The notes beneath the pieces are model-generated. The model had not been told where the DNA came from. It did not search any database and worked only from the letters and a program-made list of their open reading frames with translations. A stretch of DNA of 64,000 nucleotides from Neoechinorhynchus agilis. Its lineage: Eukaryota > Animalia > Acanthocephala. The translations under genes were made by a program, and so were the position numbers. Positions 60,059 through 64,000 of this stretch are shown here, one piece after another. The stretch lies in NCBI GenBank assembly GCA_051530055.1, contig CM121343.1:7504044-7568043 (forward strand), written 5' to 3'. Numbering within the stretch: position 1 is the stretch's first letter; each line of letters opens with the position of its first letter.

Positions 60059-61686
60059 ACATGAACAATTCAATCTTCAAACACAAAAGTATACATTAAT
60101 ATATGGTCCTTCGGCAAACAACAATGAATTATCTTTTCAACAATTTTTTATTGGGCACACAGCCCACCGATATGATTCAAGGAAGATAATAAAATAAATT
60201 AATACTCTGAACCATGCGGTTACGAGACGATACAAATTAACGATCGCCGATGACGCACAACCAAAGGGACGAAATACCTTATTGAAAGAAGGAAACTCAC
60301 TGATGAATCCCGTTTTCTCGGGAGATATCTGAGAATCCGGAGGGATTTATGCAAACTCATAACTGTATGGTTCATGATATTACATGATTTTATGATCTTC
60401 CTTGAACCACATCGGCGGGCTGCGTGCCCAAGGAACAAAATTACCATCCCTGAAAAAAGCCTCATTTCAAACATCGGTTTCGTTGAGCGCATTGCTCTCT
60501 CCTGATTCCAAGTGGAAATCAAAAAATTAATTATAGCTAATCCCGATCTACAAAAGTTCAGCGTCCACAGATTGGTTCCGTGGGCAGCAACAATTTCTCA
60601 AAGGAAATGAAAAAGGCGATGGCGATAAGATCATCAATAATCGAAGAAAATGCACGAAATAATGAACTTGTTAGAATTTATGAAAAGTAACCTTTAGGAC
60701 ATCTTGAAAACGGGGAAAATAATAAATGGGACTACGGACTTGCGATTATTTTAATGATTGCAATAAAATATATTAACGATCAGCAATACATCAAACTTCA
60801 TTGCTGAATTCGCATAATATCGCGTAGACAAAAAAATTGACAATGCCGAGATACATGAAATCGAATATATTTTAATTTCAGACGTAAACTAACGGTACAG
60901 TAAATTTCGACCTTTAATATACAAAAGAGTTCCATGGCCTTGTTTTTCTCGTGCAAGATGATCTTTGCAAATCGAGGTGGGTATTTGTGACATTAAATTG
61001 GAGATCGTTATAAATAAAAAATCCTTCTCAGAGCAATCGAAAAAGCATCCGCGGCCAAATGCCTTCTCTGGCGTCCATCGCAGTAAGCAACATTCCCTAT
61101 TCTCTCGAAATCCCTGGAGGTGCAGCCAGTGCAGCGGAAGGGAGGAAGGTACGAAAATATAGAGAATTAGCAAGGGTCCACTATTTTGTCCCCTTCGGAG
61201 TAGAGATGCATGGAGTGCTTGGCAGCTCGGCACTCACTCTACTCCAGGATCTCTCGAAGAAATTGAGAGAAACGACCGGCGATGCACGAGCAGGACAAAA
61301 TATCTCGCTCGCAGTACAACGAGGCAATATTGTTAGCGTGATAGCTTCAGTCGAGGATGGAGAGAAACTCCAATTTTGCGGACGGCGGTGATTGCACGTT
61401 TTGTACCTTATTATGCAAAGAATACATTCTCTTTTTTTGCTCAAAATTTACAAATTTAGTTCTAATTTCATGTTTACGTGAGATATTTCTTTACTGTCAG
61501 ACTATTGATTTTATTTCGAATGCCACCCGAGCTAAACAATGAACTTCTCAAATGCAAGTGGAAAATCACGATGATAAAAGGAGACTTCAACTAATCACAA
61601 GCCAAAGAAACATTTGTGTATTACCCTGATTATGGAAATTACAGGAATTTCAGAAGAGTCGTTTCACACGTTTGATTTACCTTTTT
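60059..61686. repeat. Recent direct duplication, copy 2; contains a foldback (60151-60431) and a CRE 3' end (61050-61390)
   Basis: Matches 52251-53460. RKYRELARVHYFVPFGVE..QNISLAVQRGN. Confidence 0.95.
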
Positions 61687-62282
61687 CCCAGAAAGCAAAA
61701 AGTGTTTTTTCTTAAATTTCATATAAAAACGTAAGAGAAGATCCTTTAGAAATGGACCGTAGGACAAGAGGATTGATTATGGCGTTTTGGAATCCTTAAA
61801 TGTATTATCTTAGTATTTGATTGGTTTACCTAACATCATAATTTTCCCTCACGATCAAGTCGAAATAAAAATACTTAAAAGTCTTCTAAATATTTTACTA
61901 TTTTCCTCAATTGAATAAAATCGATTTAATGATTCATTGGAAAGACAAAAAAGCCGATAATTGTTTGGTCAAGGATCCTTACCGTCCACCGTTCCACCCA
62001 GTCCGTGTCATAAGTTCAATTGGACTTTAAAAGCCCAACTAAATAAATTTAAACCCTTCAAAACGCACCTTTTTTAGTCATCTTTATCGTGGAACACAAG
62101 TTGATCGAGTTCTAAACCCACGAACGACATCGACGAAGTGAAAAACGGAAATATTTAAGGTCACGAAAATTAGATATGAAAGCGAGATAAGCTCATGACG
62201 ATGACACGTCCGCATTGGACTGCGGGGTGTATATAATCGTCAGTAGTGGTGGAGTACCGAATAGCGCCGTGTATCAAGTGTT

Positions 62283-63605
62283 ATGGAACAAGCAGCATTC
62301 TCTGAATCCAAATCGCTAAAGTTGACGAGATTGCCGCATCTTGTACTTTCCCAGATACTGGACGATGTCGGTGACCTTGGAACGTTTCGTTTAGTATGCA
62401 AGGAGGCCGATAGGTTTGTCCGTGGGCTTGAAGTCGTACACAATGGTGTTATAAGAAGAGTAATCGATCCAACGTCGGTGAAACTAGCAGGAAAATATAT
62501 TGATTTAGACGATTTTAGGAATTGGGAGGATCTTGGACATATCGTACAAATGAATTTTGCTTGGTGCCAAGTCAGTGATAAGCTCCTTCAAACGACAAAC
62601 TATCCGAACCGTTTATATTGTTTGATCTCTCTTAAGATGTGAACTGAAAGAGATATCAAAATATAGTCAAAATCGATTTCCGTTTCTGTAATTTTCAGAC
62701 GTATCGCTCTGTTTTGAATATAATCGAAAGGAATTCATCAACCCTCGAAGAAGCTTGTTTAAATAACTCTCGATTGTATCGCTCGAAGGGATGTATTCTT
62801 TGTGCTCTATTAAAATGCAAGAGATTGAAGGTTCTAAAGATGAGCGAGACACAGATACACTTGGTTGATGCAAAAAGATTCTATGATTGTAATCGGAGCA
62901 CTTGGCAAAATCAATTGCTTAATGGCGTGGTTAAACTTGATTTCAGCCGTATGGAAACATTTCCGTCCATCGAAAACGATGATCCGGCATATGAATCGAT
63001 CCCAGAAGCATTATCATTTGCCATCAGCTGTCCAAACTTAATATATCTTTGTCTTCGGGAAATAAAACCTCTTAACGAAACCAACATCCCCTCAATTTCA
63101 TTCAGAGGTCTTCAGATTATTGATGTATTTAGGAAATATCTCATTTCCGGCGATATAAGATACTTCCTAAAATAAGTGATTGTCGTGATGTTAACAGCAG
63201 TTGCGTCGAAATGCTAATTCTCAATAATCCAAGTCTTAGGGAAGTTTACTTTACGAGATGCCCCGTTTTAAGAATTCTTGGACCGAGCTACAGGCGACTA
63301 AAGCCGTTTTTCGAAAAATACTTAAAAGGCGTCTTGTACAACTCATCGATGGACGTTTATACGTTTTTAATAGTCAATTCCGAGGCACTAAGCAGCATCG
63401 AATACTTCATTTAACAAGAAATCGGAAACAAATAAAAGTTTGGCATCGATTTGCTTGTGTTTGGATTAACGAAATTGCGAACTATCAAACCACTATTGAT
63501 CCACGCTTTTTTGACATTTTGAACATAACGCTAAAACCCGCCGTTCTGGCAACAAATTATCTCAATCAGCAACGTTCAATTATGCTCATTCTGCGAAATA
63601 CATAA
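62283..63605 (+). CDS. Leucine-rich-repeat protein (F-box/LRR-like), frame-broken at three palindromic inserts
   Basis: F-box-like LTRLPHLVLSQIL, then IVKIDFRFC, LKRLKVLKMS, CPNLIYLCL, KISDCRDV and NNPSLREVYFTRC. The 3' end is uncertain. Confidence 0.7.
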
Positions 63606-63744
63606 CCGCGATTCGAAAGTCTTCTGCATTATTAAGAATTTGGCCTTTTTGCGACACTAAAATATTCTTCCAAATGAACAAAATAAATAGTGCCGTCGCT
63701 ATGGCTTCTATCGTTCAAATGATAGTGATGGACAAGACGTCTAC

Positions 63745-64000
63745 GAAGGTTTTATTGATTCTCATTCAATCGATTCTTGAATTCGAAGGTTTTATTGATT
63801 TTCATTCAATCGATTCTAAAATTTCGAGCTACGTTTTGTCGAATTGGACAATCAGTCAACGGCAACTGCGATCAATGCTGAAATATTGAATAATCGCTTT
63901 AGATCTTAAAATCTTCCTATAAGTTGTTAGTTTTTAAAGCGATGCGAAGGTTTTATTGATTTTTATTCAATCGTTTCTTAAATTTCGAGCTTAGTTTTAT
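63745..64000. repeat. Short degenerate repeats (cgaaggttttattgatt.tcattcaatcgattct), three copies
   Basis: Direct repeats at about 63745, 63784 and 63946. Confidence 0.6.

Overview
Eukaryotic, metazoan-type genomic DNA with short (about 35-90 nt) introns and many repeats. The taxon cannot be fixed from this sequence. Recognisable host genes: cyclin E-like, USP14/Ubp6, GET4, glyoxalase II (HAGH), SNX5/6, an intronless beta-spectrin, an ankyrin-repeat protein, ARP4/ACTL6 and an LRR protein. There are also a 5'-truncated alpha-SNAP copy and two orphan genes. Mobile DNA includes Penelope-like elements (PLE), CRE-clade non-LTR elements, Ty3/gypsy, copia and L1-type relics, several foldback elements and five tandem arrays (124, 189, 34, 153 and 453 bp units). 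Two unannotated patterns stand out. (1) Most reading-frame breaks in the host genes coincide with 36-56 nt palindromic inserts, several flanked by a duplicated TA. The one in USP14 has no usable GT-AG, GC-AG or AT-AC ends, yet its exact removal restores the conserved QQDANEC motif. These are candidate Introner-like or non-canonical introns. (2) Minimal type-I hammerhead ribozyme motifs are dispersed across the window (CUGANGA-N-stemII-GAAA-UA-U-H). They occur in PLE termini, in a 115-bp insertion with a 12-bp target-site duplication, in foldbacks, and in a 153-bp tandem array carrying the compensatory U3-A8 core variant. All alignments and foldings were done by eye and none has been computed or tested.
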